Positions 39,866 through 50,158 are shown, counted from the first letter of the stretch. The stretch: 64,000 nucleotides of DNA from an uncultured Pelagibacteraceae bacterium (GCA_902569725.1 CACFVG010000003.1:3525-67524); one strand, 5' to 3'. Notes: generated by a model from the letters alone, not told the origin. Made by a program: numbers and translations.

Positions 39866-41524
39866 ATGTCAAAAAATATAAGCAAATTATCTGGGAGAAT
39901 AGGTTTAAAAGATAATTTATTTCAAAAATTATCTGAAAGATCTTTAAATTCCAAAAACGGTGAAGGAATGAAAGAGATTGCAGATAAATACCATGTGGGA
40001 GTTTCTACTTTATACGGAGCTGAGAGCTTCTATGAATTTTTAAGACCTGCACATAGAGAGAAAAAAGCTTTTGTTTGTAATGGAAGTGCATGTATGTGTG
40101 CGGGAACACAAGAGCCATTAAAGAAAAAATTAAAAGATAAACTTGGTGATGATAAAGTTGGTGAAATGTTTTGTTTAGGATATTGCTATGAAAATAATGC
40201 CTTCCATTATAATGGACAAAACTATGCTGGAAAGGACATAAATAAAATTGATGATATAATTAAAGGCAAAGATATAGAGCAAGAAAAATTTTTTTCGAAG
40301 AGCTTTGCTTCAACAAGTTTTTTAATGGATGATGAGACTTCAGATCTTGATAAGTTTAAAAAACATTTAGTAAAATTTATAAATACTGACAAACAAGAGG
40401 TAATTAAATCTCTTTTGGATTCAAATTTAACTGGTAGAGGTGGCGCTGGTTTTCCGACTGGAATGAAATGGGATTTTTGTAGTAAAGCAAAATCAGAAAA
40501 AAAATATGTTATTTGCAATGCAGATGAGGGCGACTCTGGAGCTTATTCAGATAGATATTTACTAGAAGACCAACCTTTTAAGGTAATATTTGGTATGATT
40601 ATTTGTGGCTATGTTATTGGAAGTGATGAAGGGGTTTTATATATAAGAGGTGAGTATCCAAAATCAATTGAAGCTTTAAATGCTTCAATTAATTTATTAA
40701 AAAAAGAAGCCCTATTAGGAAATAATATTCTTGGAACAAAATTTTCTTTTGATTTAAATATATGTATTGGTCAAGGGGCATATATATGTGGAGAAGAAAC
40801 TGCGCTAATCGCATCTATAGAAGGTAGAAGAGCTGAGGTTGATGTCAGACCTCCCTTCCCTGTTACCGAAGGATTATATAAGAAACCTACTGTTGTTAAT
40901 AATGTAGAAACGCTAGCGGCAGCAACTGGAATTCTAATAAATGGATCTAAAAAATTTTCTGCCATAGGAAATAAGAAATCAGCTGGTACAAAGTTAGTTT
41001 GTCTCGACAGTTTTTTTAATAATCCAGGTGTTTATGAAATTGAAATGGGAACACCAATGAAAAAAGTTTTATATAATATAGGTGGAGGGTTTAAAGAACC
41101 AATAAAAGCTTTACAAGTTGGAGGCCCTTTGGGAGGAGTAATACCTATAAAAGAAGTTGAAAAATTAAACCTTGATTTTCAAGAATTTACAGCAGCTGGT
41201 TTTATGTTGGGTCATGCAAGTATAGTAAGTATACCAAAAGATTTTCCTATGGTTGATTATATTCATCATTTATTTGAATTCACTGCAGAAGAATCGTGTG
41301 GAAAATGTTTTCCTGGAAGACTTGGTTCTTACAGAGGAAAAGAGATGTTTGATCAATTAAAAAATAAAACATCCAAAATCCCTTTAAAACTACTTAATGA
41401 ATTGTTAGTAACGATGAAAAAAGGTTGTTTATGCGCATTATGTGGGGCAATACCTACTCCTATTATGAATATTCTAAAGTATTTTGGAGATGAAATGAAA
41501 AATGATATGATAAAAGAAAATTAA
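39866..41524 (+). CDS. NAD-linked formate dehydrogenase diaphorase subunit (truncated NuoE/FdsG-like domain fused to NuoF/FdsB-like domain)
   Basis: C.G.AC...CLG.C (2Fe-2S), GRGGAGFPTG.KW, CNADEGD, GAYICGEET, NNVET, ESCGKC. Confidence 0.9.
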   Translation: MSKNISKLSGRIGLKDNLFQKLSERSLNSKNGEGMKEIADKYHVGVSTLYGAESFYEFLRPAHREKKAFVCNGSACMCAGTQEPLKKKLKDKLGDDKVGEMFCLGYCYENNAFHYNGQNYAGKDINKIDDIIKGKDIEQEKFFSKSFASTSFLMDDETSDLDKFKKHLVKFINTDKQEVIKSLLDSNLTGRGGAGFPTGMKWDFCSKAKSEKKYVICNADEGDSGAYSDRYLLEDQPFKVIFGMIICGYVIGSDEGVLYIRGEYPKSIEALNASINLLKKEALLGNNILGTKFSFDLNICIGQGAYICGEETALIASIEGRRAEVDVRPPFPVTEGLYKKPTVVNNVETLAAATGILINGSKKFSAIGNKKSAGTKLVCLDSFFNNPGVYEIEMGTPMKKVLYNIGGGFKEPIKALQVGGPLGGVIPIKEVEKLNLDFQEFTAAGFMLGHASIVSIPKDFPMVDYIHHLFEFTAEESCGKCFPGRLGSYRGKEMFDQLKNKTSKIPLKLLNELLVTMKKGCLCALCGAIPTPIMNILKYFGDEMKNDMIKEN

Positions 41525-44292
41525 TGAGTTCAGAAAAAAGAAAAATTGCATATATAGATGGTAAACCATATGAAATTGGTTCAAAACATACTTCTATTTT
41601 AAAATTTGTAAAAAGTTATCTTGGAGAAAAAAAAGTACCAACTTTATGCGACGACCCTAATCTTGCCCCTTATGGAGCTTGTCGAGTCTGTTCAGTTGAA
41701 GTTGCTTTGGAAAAAGATGGACCAACAAAAGTTGTAGCATCTTGTCATACTCCTGTCGGTGAAAACCAACATATTTTTACTAACAATAAAAACTTAACAG
41801 ATCTAAGAAAAAATATTGTAGAATTAGTGTTAACAGATCATCCAATGGAATGTGGTACTTGTGAAGTAAATAATAATTGTGAACTTCAAGATGTTGCTAA
41901 CGATTTAGGTATATCTGATCATAGATATAATAGTCCAAAACAACATAAAGGTATCCCTAGAGATACTTCTCATGATTATATGAGAATGAACCTAGATAAT
42001 TGTATTAATTGTGGAAGATGCGTAAGAGCTTGCGATGAAATTCAAGGTTCGTTTGTTTTAACAATGAGTGGTAGGGGATTTGAATCTAGAATTACAACAG
42101 ATAATGATATGTTATTTGGAGATTCATCTTGTGTATCATGTGGTGCATGTGCTCATACATGCCCAACAGACGCTATATCTGATGTGTTTCAGTCAAAATC
42201 AACTGCTGTTGATGAAAAAGTAAGAACCACATGTTCTTATTGTGGTGTCGGTTGTAATTTAGAAGCCTCTATTAAAGACAAAAAAGTTATTGCAATAGAT
42301 ACTCCAAAAGAAACAGAAGTAAATGCAGGACACACATGTATTAAAGGTAGATATGCATTCGGTTTTTATGATCATCCAGATAGATTGAAAACTCCATTAA
42401 TTAAAAGAAATGACAAATTTGAAAAAGCATCATGGGATGAGGCATATGACTTTATTAAAAAAGAATTAAATAGAATTATAAAAGCAAATGGCCCAGACTC
42501 GGTTGCTGGTATTTCTTCAGCTAGATGTACTAATGAGGAAAATTATGTTTTTCAGAAAATGATCAGAGCAGCAGTTGGAACTAATAATATTGATTGTTGC
42601 GCAAGAATTTGTCACTCACCTACTGCTTGGGGAATGCAACAAACTTTTGGTACTGGAGCAGCAACCAATTCCACTGAAGATATTTACCATGCAGATTTAT
42701 TTATGGTTATTGGTGCTAATCCAACAAATGCCCATCCTGTAACAGGTGCAAAAATCAAACAACAAGTAATGAAGGGTAAAAAATTAATAGTATTAGATCC
42801 CATTACCACTGAACTTGCTAAACTTGCTGATTATCATATTAAGTTAAGACCTGGAACGAATGTGGCTGTATTAAATATGATGTTGCATTTTATTATAAAA
42901 TCAAAACTTTATGATAAAGACTTCGTTAGAGATAGAACTGAAGGATTTGATAATTTTTTAAAAGAAATTGAAAGACAGGATATTGATCAACTAGCAAAAG
43001 TTGCGGGTGTGGATAAACAAATGGTTAAGGAAGCAGCTATTGCTTATGCTACAGCTAATAATTCAATGGAGTTTCATGGTCTTGGTGTTACTGAACAAGA
43101 GCAAGGATCTAAAACTGTAATGTTAATTGCTGACCTTGCAATGATAACTGGAAATATTGGAAGAAAAGGAGTTGGAGTCAACCCTTTAAGAGGACAAAAT
43201 AATGTACAGGGTGCAGCTGATATGGGGTGTCAGCCTCACCAGGGAGCAGGATATTTTGAAGTTTCAGATAAAAAAAATCAAAATTTTTATACAGAAAAAT
43301 ATGGAGTGGTTCATCCAACAAAAGCTGGGTTAAAAATTCCTCAGATGTTTGATGCGGCTATCAACAAAGAAGTTAAAGCGGTTTGGATAATTGGAGAAGA
43401 CATTGTACAAACAGACCCAAATAGTGCTCATGTAGTCGATGCTATGAATTCTCTTGAGTTATTAGTAGTTCAAGAAATTTTTATGAGTGAAACTGCAAAA
43501 CTTGCAACTGTAGTATTACCAGGAACAACTTTCTTAGAAAAAGATGGAACATTCACTAATACTGAAAGAAGAATTCAAAGAGTTAATAAAGCAGTTCCAC
43601 CGTTACCAGGAACAAAGCCGGATGGTGTTATCGTAACTGATATGATGCAAAAATTAGGATTTGACCAACCAACTTACAATGCTGATCAAGTATTGGCTGA
43701 AATATCAGACGTTGTCCCATTCTTTAAAGGAGTAACAAGAGAAAGACTAGGAAAGTTTGGTTTACAATGGCCTGTACAAGAAGATGGTACTGATACTCAA
43801 ATTTTACATAAAGAAACATTTAAACTTGGAAAAGGTAGGCTAAAAAGTTTTGATTTTAAAGAGTCCACTGAAATTGAAACAAATCAAAAAGATTATCCAC
43901 TAATTCTAACTACAAGTAGAGTTCTTCAACATTATAATGCTGCTACAATGACGAGACGTACTAGTAATATTAATATTGTTTCGGAAGATGTATTATTAAT
44001 ACATCCTAAAGATGCTAAGAAAAGAGATTTAAATACTGGTGATATTGGTAGACTTTATTCTGGCCGTGGTGAAGTAGCATTAAAAGTAGAAGTGACTGAT
44101 AAAGTTAAAGAAGGAATTGTTTTTACAACATTTCATTTTCCTGAACATATGGTAAATATGGTGACTGGACATGGTAAAGATGAAGAAACTATGTGTGCTG
44201 AATATAAAGTTTCATCTGTAGAAGTCCAAAAAATATCTAATCAATTTAAAACCGAAGTTAAACCAAAAGAAAACCAAGCAGAAGTAATCTAA
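41524..44292 (+). CDS. fdhF: Formate dehydrogenase alpha subunit (FdsA/FdhF type, Cys ligand)
   Basis: N-terminal 2Fe-2S and 4Fe-4S motifs, CSYCGVGC, CARICH active site (TGT codon, not Sec), LRGQNNVQG. Confidence 0.95.
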   Translation: MSSEKRKIAYIDGKPYEIGSKHTSILKFVKSYLGEKKVPTLCDDPNLAPYGACRVCSVEVALEKDGPTKVVASCHTPVGENQHIFTNNKNLTDLRKNIVELVLTDHPMECGTCEVNNNCELQDVANDLGISDHRYNSPKQHKGIPRDTSHDYMRMNLDNCINCGRCVRACDEIQGSFVLTMSGRGFESRITTDNDMLFGDSSCVSCGACAHTCPTDAISDVFQSKSTAVDEKVRTTCSYCGVGCNLEASIKDKKVIAIDTPKETEVNAGHTCIKGRYAFGFYDHPDRLKTPLIKRNDKFEKASWDEAYDFIKKELNRIIKANGPDSVAGISSARCTNEENYVFQKMIRAAVGTNNIDCCARICHSPTAWGMQQTFGTGAATNSTEDIYHADLFMVIGANPTNAHPVTGAKIKQQVMKGKKLIVLDPITTELAKLADYHIKLRPGTNVAVLNMMLHFIIKSKLYDKDFVRDRTEGFDNFLKEIERQDIDQLAKVAGVDKQMVKEAAIAYATANNSMEFHGLGVTEQEQGSKTVMLIADLAMITGNIGRKGVGVNPLRGQNNVQGAADMGCQPHQGAGYFEVSDKKNQNFYTEKYGVVHPTKAGLKIPQMFDAAINKEVKAVWIIGEDIVQTDPNSAHVVDAMNSLELLVVQEIFMSETAKLATVVLPGTTFLEKDGTFTNTERRIQRVNKAVPPLPGTKPDGVIVTDMMQKLGFDQPTYNADQVLAEISDVVPFFKGVTRERLGKFGLQWPVQEDGTDTQILHKETFKLGKGRLKSFDFKESTEIETNQKDYPLILTTSRVLQHYNAATMTRRTSNINIVSEDVLLIHPKDAKKRDLNTGDIGRLYSGRGEVALKVEVTDKVKEGIVFTTFHFPEHMVNMVTGHGKDEETMCAEYKVSSVEVQKISNQFKTEVKPKENQAEVI

Positions 44293-44298
44293 TTTAAA

Positions 44299-45750
44299 AT
44301 GACCATTGGTTGGCGCTTTGATAATACTTATTCAAAGCTACCTGATCCTTTTATTTTTAACATATCTCCTATCCCAGTTAAATCACCAGAATTAATTATT
44401 TTAAATGATAATTTGGCAAAACAATTAGGACTAAACTTTTCTTTGATTAACAAAAAAGAATTATCAAATTTATTTTCAGGAAATTCATTGCCTGAAGGAT
44501 CTAAATCTATTGCGCAAGCTTATGCTGGACATCAATTTGGCCATTTTACTATGCTAGGCGATGGTAGAGCAGTTTTGATAGGAGAACATGTATCTAAAAA
44601 TAATGAAAGATTTGACATTCAATTTAAAGGATCAGGACAAACACCTTTTTCAAGAAATGGTGATGGAAGAGCTGCACTAGGGCCAATGTTAAGGGAATAT
44701 TTAATTAGTGAAGCAATGCATTCACTAAATATACCAACAACAAGAAGTTTGGCAGTAGTTAAAACTGGTGAAGATGTAGTGCGAGAAAATATATTACAAG
44801 GTGCCATACTAACCAGAGTTGCTTCTAGTCATTTAAGAGTTGGAACATTTCAATACGTTGCTATGAGAAATAATGAAAGTGAACTAAGAACTTTAGTTGA
44901 TTACACAATAAATCGTCATTATCCAAATATTAAAAAATCTAAAAATAAAGCACTAGATTTATTAAAAGTTTTAATTGAACTTCAAATTGACTTGGTGATT
45001 AATTGGATGCGTGTTGGTTTTATTCATGGAGTTATGAATACAGACAATATGTCTATCTCAGGTGAAACTATTGATTATGGCCCATGTGCCTTTATGGATA
45101 CTTATGATCCACAAACTGTTTTTAGTTCTATAGATGAACTAGGAAGATACGCTTATTTTAACCAACCTAGTATCACCAAATGGAACTTAGCAAGATTTGC
45201 AGAATGTTTAATACCTCTTATTGATCCAAAAAAAGAAAAGGCAATTGAGATTGCTACTGAAGCAATAAATAGTTTTGACAAAAGTTATGAGAATAAATGG
45301 ATTAATATGATGAGAGATAAATTAGGTTTATTTGGTCAAGATCAAAAAGATCAAGTTTTAATAATAGATTTATTAACTTGGATGCACAAAAATAAAGCTG
45401 ACTATACAAATACATTTTGTTTTTTAATGGATAAAAATTTTCAACACAATAAAATCTATAATAATGAAAACTTCCTTATATGGAAAGAAAGATGGAAGGA
45501 AAGATTAAAACTGAATAATAATACTCCTGAAAAGTATTTACGTTTAATGAAGTCGGTTAATCCTTTAGTTATTCCAAGAAACCATAAGGTAGAAGAAGCA
45601 TTAGAATCTGCAAATAATAATGATTTATCTCCATTAAAAAAATTAATTAATGTATTAGAAAAACCATATGAAAAAAAAAAAGAAAATATTGATTATCAAT
45701 CCCCTGCTCCAGTTAGTGATAAAAAATATAAAACTTTTTGTGGTACTTAA
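44299..45750 (+). CDS. selO: Protein adenylyltransferase SelO (YdiU)
   Basis: YAGHQFG, LGDGRA, KGSG.TP.SR.GDGRA, HGVMNTDN, TIDYGP, ends TFCGT. Confidence 0.95.
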   Translation: MTIGWRFDNTYSKLPDPFIFNISPIPVKSPELIILNDNLAKQLGLNFSLINKKELSNLFSGNSLPEGSKSIAQAYAGHQFGHFTMLGDGRAVLIGEHVSKNNERFDIQFKGSGQTPFSRNGDGRAALGPMLREYLISEAMHSLNIPTTRSLAVVKTGEDVVRENILQGAILTRVASSHLRVGTFQYVAMRNNESELRTLVDYTINRHYPNIKKSKNKALDLLKVLIELQIDLVINWMRVGFIHGVMNTDNMSISGETIDYGPCAFMDTYDPQTVFSSIDELGRYAYFNQPSITKWNLARFAECLIPLIDPKKEKAIEIATEAINSFDKSYENKWINMMRDKLGLFGQDQKDQVLIIDLLTWMHKNKADYTNTFCFLMDKNFQHNKIYNNENFLIWKERWKERLKLNNNTPEKYLRLMKSVNPLVIPRNHKVEEALESANNNDLSPLKKLINVLEKPYEKKKENIDYQSPAPVSDKKYKTFCGT

Positions 45751-45755
45751 TAATA

Positions 45756-46859
45756 CTATAAAACGTAAGGTTCGTGTCTAACCTTGTTATTTAAAACTCT
45801 TTCAACAGAAAAATCACTAATATCAATTGTTTGATATGATCCAGTAGTAATTAATTCAGTTAAAGCTCTACCTATTCCTGGAGCCTGCATTAATCCTCTG
45901 CCAGTAAAACCTGATGCTAAATAAACGTTTTCATATTTAGGGTGCTTACCAACAACGGCATTATTATCTAATTTATTACAATCGTAATATCCTGCCCATC
46001 CACCAGTTAATTTTAATTCTTCAAACGCAGGAATTCTTTTTGCAAGAGCTGGCCAAACTAACTCTTCGAAATCATTCCATGCTGGCTCCAAATCTTCTGC
46101 ATCAAATACTGAATGAGGTGATCCAGCTAAATATTCCTTTCCCTCTGGTCTCCAATAAACGCCTGTTGTTAAATCTCCAGTTAAAGGCATTTCAGGAATA
46201 TGTTTTGGGCACTTAACTCTAAATACAGTATGTTTTTGTGGAACTACTGGAATGTCATCTAACAATTCTTTTGTCCAACATCCAGCTGCTGAAATAATAG
46301 TTTTAGCTTTTATTTCTGAAATACTTTTTACTTCACCTTTAATAAACTCTGCCCCAAGTTCAATAGCCTTACTTTTTAAGGCACTATGAAACATAAATGG
46401 ATCAATCCATCCTTCACTTTTATTATCTGTGAAAGTTGCTGTTTCAATTCCTTCATTATTAATATACGGAAATATTTTTGTTAATTCAGAACCTTTAATA
46501 TTTTTGGTTCCTGCTTCACAAGCTTTATGATTTTCTAATGCCCTGTATTGTTCTTCAGCATGCTCAGGCCCAAACATTAATAAATACCCATTTGGAACCA
46601 TACTTGCAGTAGGATTAGGATTTTTATCGGTTTTTAGCAATTCTGGTATTTGATAAATAAATTCTCTAGCGAATTTACCAAGCAAAATATTCTCTTTTTG
46701 AAAAAATTGTCTTCTAAAACCACCAAGTGACAAAGGGAAAGAAGCATTTTTATATGTTGGGTCTCTTTCTATAACTTTTACTTTTCTTCCTTCCTTCGAT
46801 AAAAAATAAGCACTTGCTGCTCCAATTATGCCACCTCCAATAATTACAACATCATCCAT
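45756..46859 (-). CDS. FAD-dependent oxidoreductase, DAO family, FOXRED1-like
   Basis: GGGIIG, S..S.GG.R.QF, EGW.DP, WP.LA.R.P.FE, WAGYYD, QAPGIGR. Confidence 0.85.
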   Translation of the reverse strand: MDDVVIIGGGIIGAASAYFLSKEGRKVKVIERDPTYKNASFPLSLGGFRRQFFQKENILLGKFAREFIYQIPELLKTDKNPNPTASMVPNGYLLMFGPEHAEEQYRALENHKACEAGTKNIKGSELTKIFPYINNEGIETATFTDNKSEGWIDPFMFHSALKSKAIELGAEFIKGEVKSISEIKAKTIISAAGCWTKELLDDIPVVPQKHTVFRVKCPKHIPEMPLTGDLTTGVYWRPEGKEYLAGSPHSVFDAEDLEPAWNDFEELVWPALAKRIPAFEELKLTGGWAGYYDCNKLDNNAVVGKHPKYENVYLASGFTGRGLMQAPGIGRALTELITTGSYQTIDISDFSVERVLNNKVRHEPYVL

Positions 46860-46908
46860 ATATAAATATTATAAATTTAATTTATTCATAAATATTACTA
46901 TGTAAATA

Positions 46909-46917
46909 TGTTATAAT
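46909..46917 (+). promoter_or_regulatory. Extended -10 promoter element (TGnTATAAT) 5 nt before the SDR start codon
   Basis: tgtTATAATttcaaATG; no Shine-Dalgarno; spacing fits a leaderless transcript. Confidence 0.55.
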
Positions 46918-46922
46918 TTCAA

Positions 46923-47684
46923 ATGACGAAAAAAGTAATATGGATAACTGGCGCAAGCAGTGGGATTGGTAAAGCTTTGGCATTAAAATTTGCGAATAAG
47001 AACTGGAGTGTTGCAATCTCTGCTAGAAGAGAAAATATTTTAAAAGAAATATCCGAATCTAATGATAATATTAAATCCTTCCCTTTGGATGTGACTGATA
47101 AAAATAAATGTAAAGAAGTATTTGAACAGATTAAAAGTCATTATGGGGATGTGGACATCTGTTTTTTTTCTACTGGAACTTGGAATCCAAAAAAAGAAAA
47201 AGATATAGATTTAGAGCAAATAGAGAATGTTTTTAAAGTTAATTTCTTTGGGACAGTTAATAGCATTAAAGCTGTTGAGGAATATTTCAAAAATAAAAAT
47301 AGTGGTATAATTACTATTGTATCATCAATTGCTGGATATAGAGGTTTGCCTAATTCAACCGGATATGGTCCTTCTAAATCTGCTTTAAACAATCTGGCTG
47401 AGAGCTTGTATTTTGATTTTGGAAGACACAACGTAAGAGTTTGTTTGGTCTCTCCAGGTTTTATCAAAACACCAATGACAGATAAAAATGATTTCAAAAT
47501 GCCATTTTTAAAAACATCAGAGTTTGCAGCTGATAAAATTTATGATGGTTTAATAAATAAAAATAATTTTGAAATACATTTTCCTAAAGAACTTACATTA
47601 ACCCTTAAGTTGTTTGGCCTTTTACCAAGTAAAATTTACTTTTATTTAGTGAAAAAACTTACAAAATTTCAAAAAAAAAATTAA
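46923..47684 (+). CDS. Short-chain dehydrogenase/reductase associated with the cfa/ufa cluster
   Basis: WITGASSGIG, SS.AG.RGLP, YGPSK, PGFIKTPMT.KNDF.MPF. Confidence 0.9.
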   Translation: MTKKVIWITGASSGIGKALALKFANKNWSVAISARRENILKEISESNDNIKSFPLDVTDKNKCKEVFEQIKSHYGDVDICFFSTGTWNPKKEKDIDLEQIENVFKVNFFGTVNSIKAVEEYFKNKNSGIITIVSSIAGYRGLPNSTGYGPSKSALNNLAESLYFDFGRHNVRVCLVSPGFIKTPMTDKNDFKMPFLKTSEFAADKIYDGLINKNNFEIHFPKELTLTLKLFGLLPSKIYFYLVKKLTKFQKKN

Positions 47685-48208
47685 TCTTTAACAAACATAA
47701 CTGTAAGTTCAGCAACTTTTATACCAAACTTAGTCATTGTTGCTCTATTAATTGCAACTCTTTCATCTTGCTTAAATATCCAGTCATCAAAAGTAATTTT
47801 CATTTCTCTACCTTTAACTGGTACTAATAAAACATACTCAAATTTAAATGCTGGTCCATATGAATATCCTTTAGCAGTTCCTACAACATCTCCTGCTGTA
47901 CCTTCATAATTATGCTCGTCAATTTTATCAATTTTCCACTGTCTTGTTTGAATTTCTCCATCATTCCAAATAAACTTTTCATCTAAAATTAGTTGTTTAC
48001 CATTCCATGTCCCATTAAGATCAGCAGAAAATTGTCTTGTTACTTTTCCTGATCTATTTTGTAAAATTCCCCAAGCTTTTACGTTACCTGACATATATTC
48101 TTCTATGATTAACCTTGGTTTTTGATCTTTAAAATCTGTTGGTTTCATATTATTTCCTGAACAACTAGTTAATAAAATTGTTACAATTAATGCAAATATT
48201 ATTTTCAT
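47681..48208 (-). CDS. DUF3833 family lipoprotein
   Basis: Lipobox LTSC, G...AWG..Q.RSG.V.R.F, LDE.F, FDDW, NRA. Confidence 0.85.
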   Translation of the reverse strand: MKIIFALIVTILLTSCSGNNMKPTDFKDQKPRLIIEEYMSGNVKAWGILQNRSGKVTRQFSADLNGTWNGKQLILDEKFIWNDGEIQTRQWKIDKIDEHNYEGTAGDVVGTAKGYSYGPAFKFEYVLLVPVKGREMKITFDDWIFKQDERVAINRATMTKFGIKVAELTVMFVKD

Positions 48209-48212
48209 CTTT

Positions 48213-49391
48213 TTATTTGTTGCATAGAGAGAATTGTATTAAATCTATATTTTTTGATTTAAAGCCTGCTTCACAGTAAGATAAATAAAATTCCCACATT
48301 TTTTTAAAATTTAAATCAAATCCTTGTTCTTTAATTAGGTCCCACTTTTTGATGAACTCCTTTCTCCAAATTACTAAAGTATCAGAATAGTGTTTAGAGT
48401 ATGAATTATATTCATTAAATTTTAATCCATTATCGTTTGCATATTTATGCAAACTTTTTTTTGAAGGTAAAAAACCACCAGGGAAGATATATTTTTGGAT
48501 AAAATCTTGTTTATTTTTATATCTATCAAACAAACTATCATCTATAGTAATTGCTTGTATTCCGGCATTGCCTTGGATAGAGAGATTTTTTTTAATTATA
48601 TTAAAATAGCTTTGCAAATAATTCTGGCCTACAGCCTCAATCATTTCAATTGAAGCTATTGAGTCATATTTTCCTTTTAAATCTCTGTAATCTTTAATCT
48701 CTAAATTAATTTTTTCATTAAGACCTGCTTTATAAATTCTTTCTTTAGCAAATTCATATTGCTTTTTAGATATTGTAATACAATCTAATTTAACATTGTA
48801 ATTTTTACCTAAATATTCAGCAAAACCTCCCCATCCACAACCAATCTCTAAAACTTTGCTGTTATCTCTTGGTTTTAGAAGATTAATTAATTTTTGATAT
48901 TTGTTATTTTGAGCGTCAGATAAATTTTGGCTATCATTTTCAAATATTGCACCTGAATAAGTTAAAGTTTCATCAAGCCATAAAGAAAAAAAATCATTTC
49001 CAAGATCATAGTGTTTAGAAATATTTGCTTTACTTCTTTTTTTGGTATTTTTAATAATTTTATTTTTTAAAAAATTTATTGTAGAAAAATCTAAAATTCC
49101 TGAAAACTTATAAATTAATTTTATATTTTTTGCAGTAATCTCTATTAAATTTGAAAGATTATCAGTTTCAAAATAACCCTGCATATAGCTCTCAGCTAAG
49201 CCAATGCTACCATTTCTGATTAAATTATAATTTAAACTTGGATGTTTAATTACTATTTTTGCTTTAAGTTTTTCATTTATATTTCCAAATTTTAATACTT
49301 CTCCATCAAAATTTGTTATTTCTAAAAAACCATATTTTATATTTTTTAGTGTATTAAAAACTATTAAATCTGAAATTCTATCTACGATCAT
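48213..49391 (-). CDS. Cyclopropane-fatty-acyl synthase family SAM methyltransferase (UfaM/CfaS-like)
   Basis: NI..HYDLGN.F, LEIGCGWG, SIEMIEAVG, YIFPGG.LP, YL.YCEAGF. Confidence 0.9.
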   Translation of the reverse strand: MIVDRISDLIVFNTLKNIKYGFLEITNFDGEVLKFGNINEKLKAKIVIKHPSLNYNLIRNGSIGLAESYMQGYFETDNLSNLIEITAKNIKLIYKFSGILDFSTINFLKNKIIKNTKKRSKANISKHYDLGNDFFSLWLDETLTYSGAIFENDSQNLSDAQNNKYQKLINLLKPRDNSKVLEIGCGWGGFAEYLGKNYNVKLDCITISKKQYEFAKERIYKAGLNEKINLEIKDYRDLKGKYDSIASIEMIEAVGQNYLQSYFNIIKKNLSIQGNAGIQAITIDDSLFDRYKNKQDFIQKYIFPGGFLPSKKSLHKYANDNGLKFNEYNSYSKHYSDTLVIWRKEFIKKWDLIKEQGFDLNFKKMWEFYLSYCEAGFKSKNIDLIQFSLCNK

Positions 49392-50158
49392 TAATTTTCT
49401 ATACTTATATTATTTTTAATATTTAATTTTTTTTTTACAAATTTAATACCTTTAATCCATAATTTAAATGCTTCAAAATGTATTGCGGCAATAATTTTGA
49501 AGGTCATTAATGGATGACGAAAATAAGATAAAATTAGGTTTTTATTATTAAGATCAATTCTATTTCCATCTTGAGATGCATAAAGAAGCTTCCCTTCATC
49601 ATCATATTGATCGATAATTAGTGAAATTTTGTTATCTGGCTTTAGAATCTTGAAAAAATAAGTACAATTCATTTCAATAAATGGAGATACGTGAAATTTT
49701 TTTTTACATGTATTTTTAATTAAATTATCATTTTCATTTATTTTAAATATATAAGTGTGCTGTTCACCAAATGTATTTTTAACTTCATATAAAATTGATA
49801 TTAATTCTGATTTTTTGTTATAAATAAAAAAAACACTCAAAGGATTAAAAACATACCCAAAAATTCTAGGATAACATAAAAGTTTAATTTTAATTTCTTC
49901 TGTATTTATTTGATTTTCTATTAGATTTTTTATAACCCATTTTTTTAATGATGTTCCGTCTCTAGGGCCATGATCTACATCGTAAAAACTAATAATATTA
50001 AATTTATTATGTGAAAAAATTTTTAACGATTTATCTAATAAATTTATCTCAGATAGATCTAATAATATCGAAAAAACTTTATATTTGAAAAAATGAATTT
50101 TTGGTTTAAATCGTTTATGAATTACATTACCAATATAAATTGAAGATTCTTTAATCAT
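49391..50158 (-). CDS. DUF1365 family protein (UfaO-like)
   Basis: H.R..P..H.F.Y, PR.FGYVFNP.S, EV.NTFGE.H.Y, K.FHVSPF, IH.EA..LW.KG. Confidence 0.9.
   Translation of the reverse strand: MIKESSIYIGNVIHKRFKPKIHFFKYKVFSILLDLSEINLLDKSLKIFSHNKFNIISFYDVDHGPRDGTSLKKWVIKNLIENQINTEEIKIKLLCYPRIFGYVFNPLSVFFIYNKKSELISILYEVKNTFGEQHTYIFKINENDNLIKNTCKKKFHVSPFIEMNCTYFFKILKPDNKISLIIDQYDDEGKLLYASQDGNRIDLNNKNLILSYFRHPLMTFKIIAAIHFEAFKLWIKGIKFVKKKLNIKNNISIEN

Noticed and set aside
42601-42620. Possible selenocysteine in the FDH active site (also checked the selO C-terminus)
   Set aside because: The codon is TGT (ARICH); selO ends FCGT-TAA. No in-frame UGA, so no recoding is needed.
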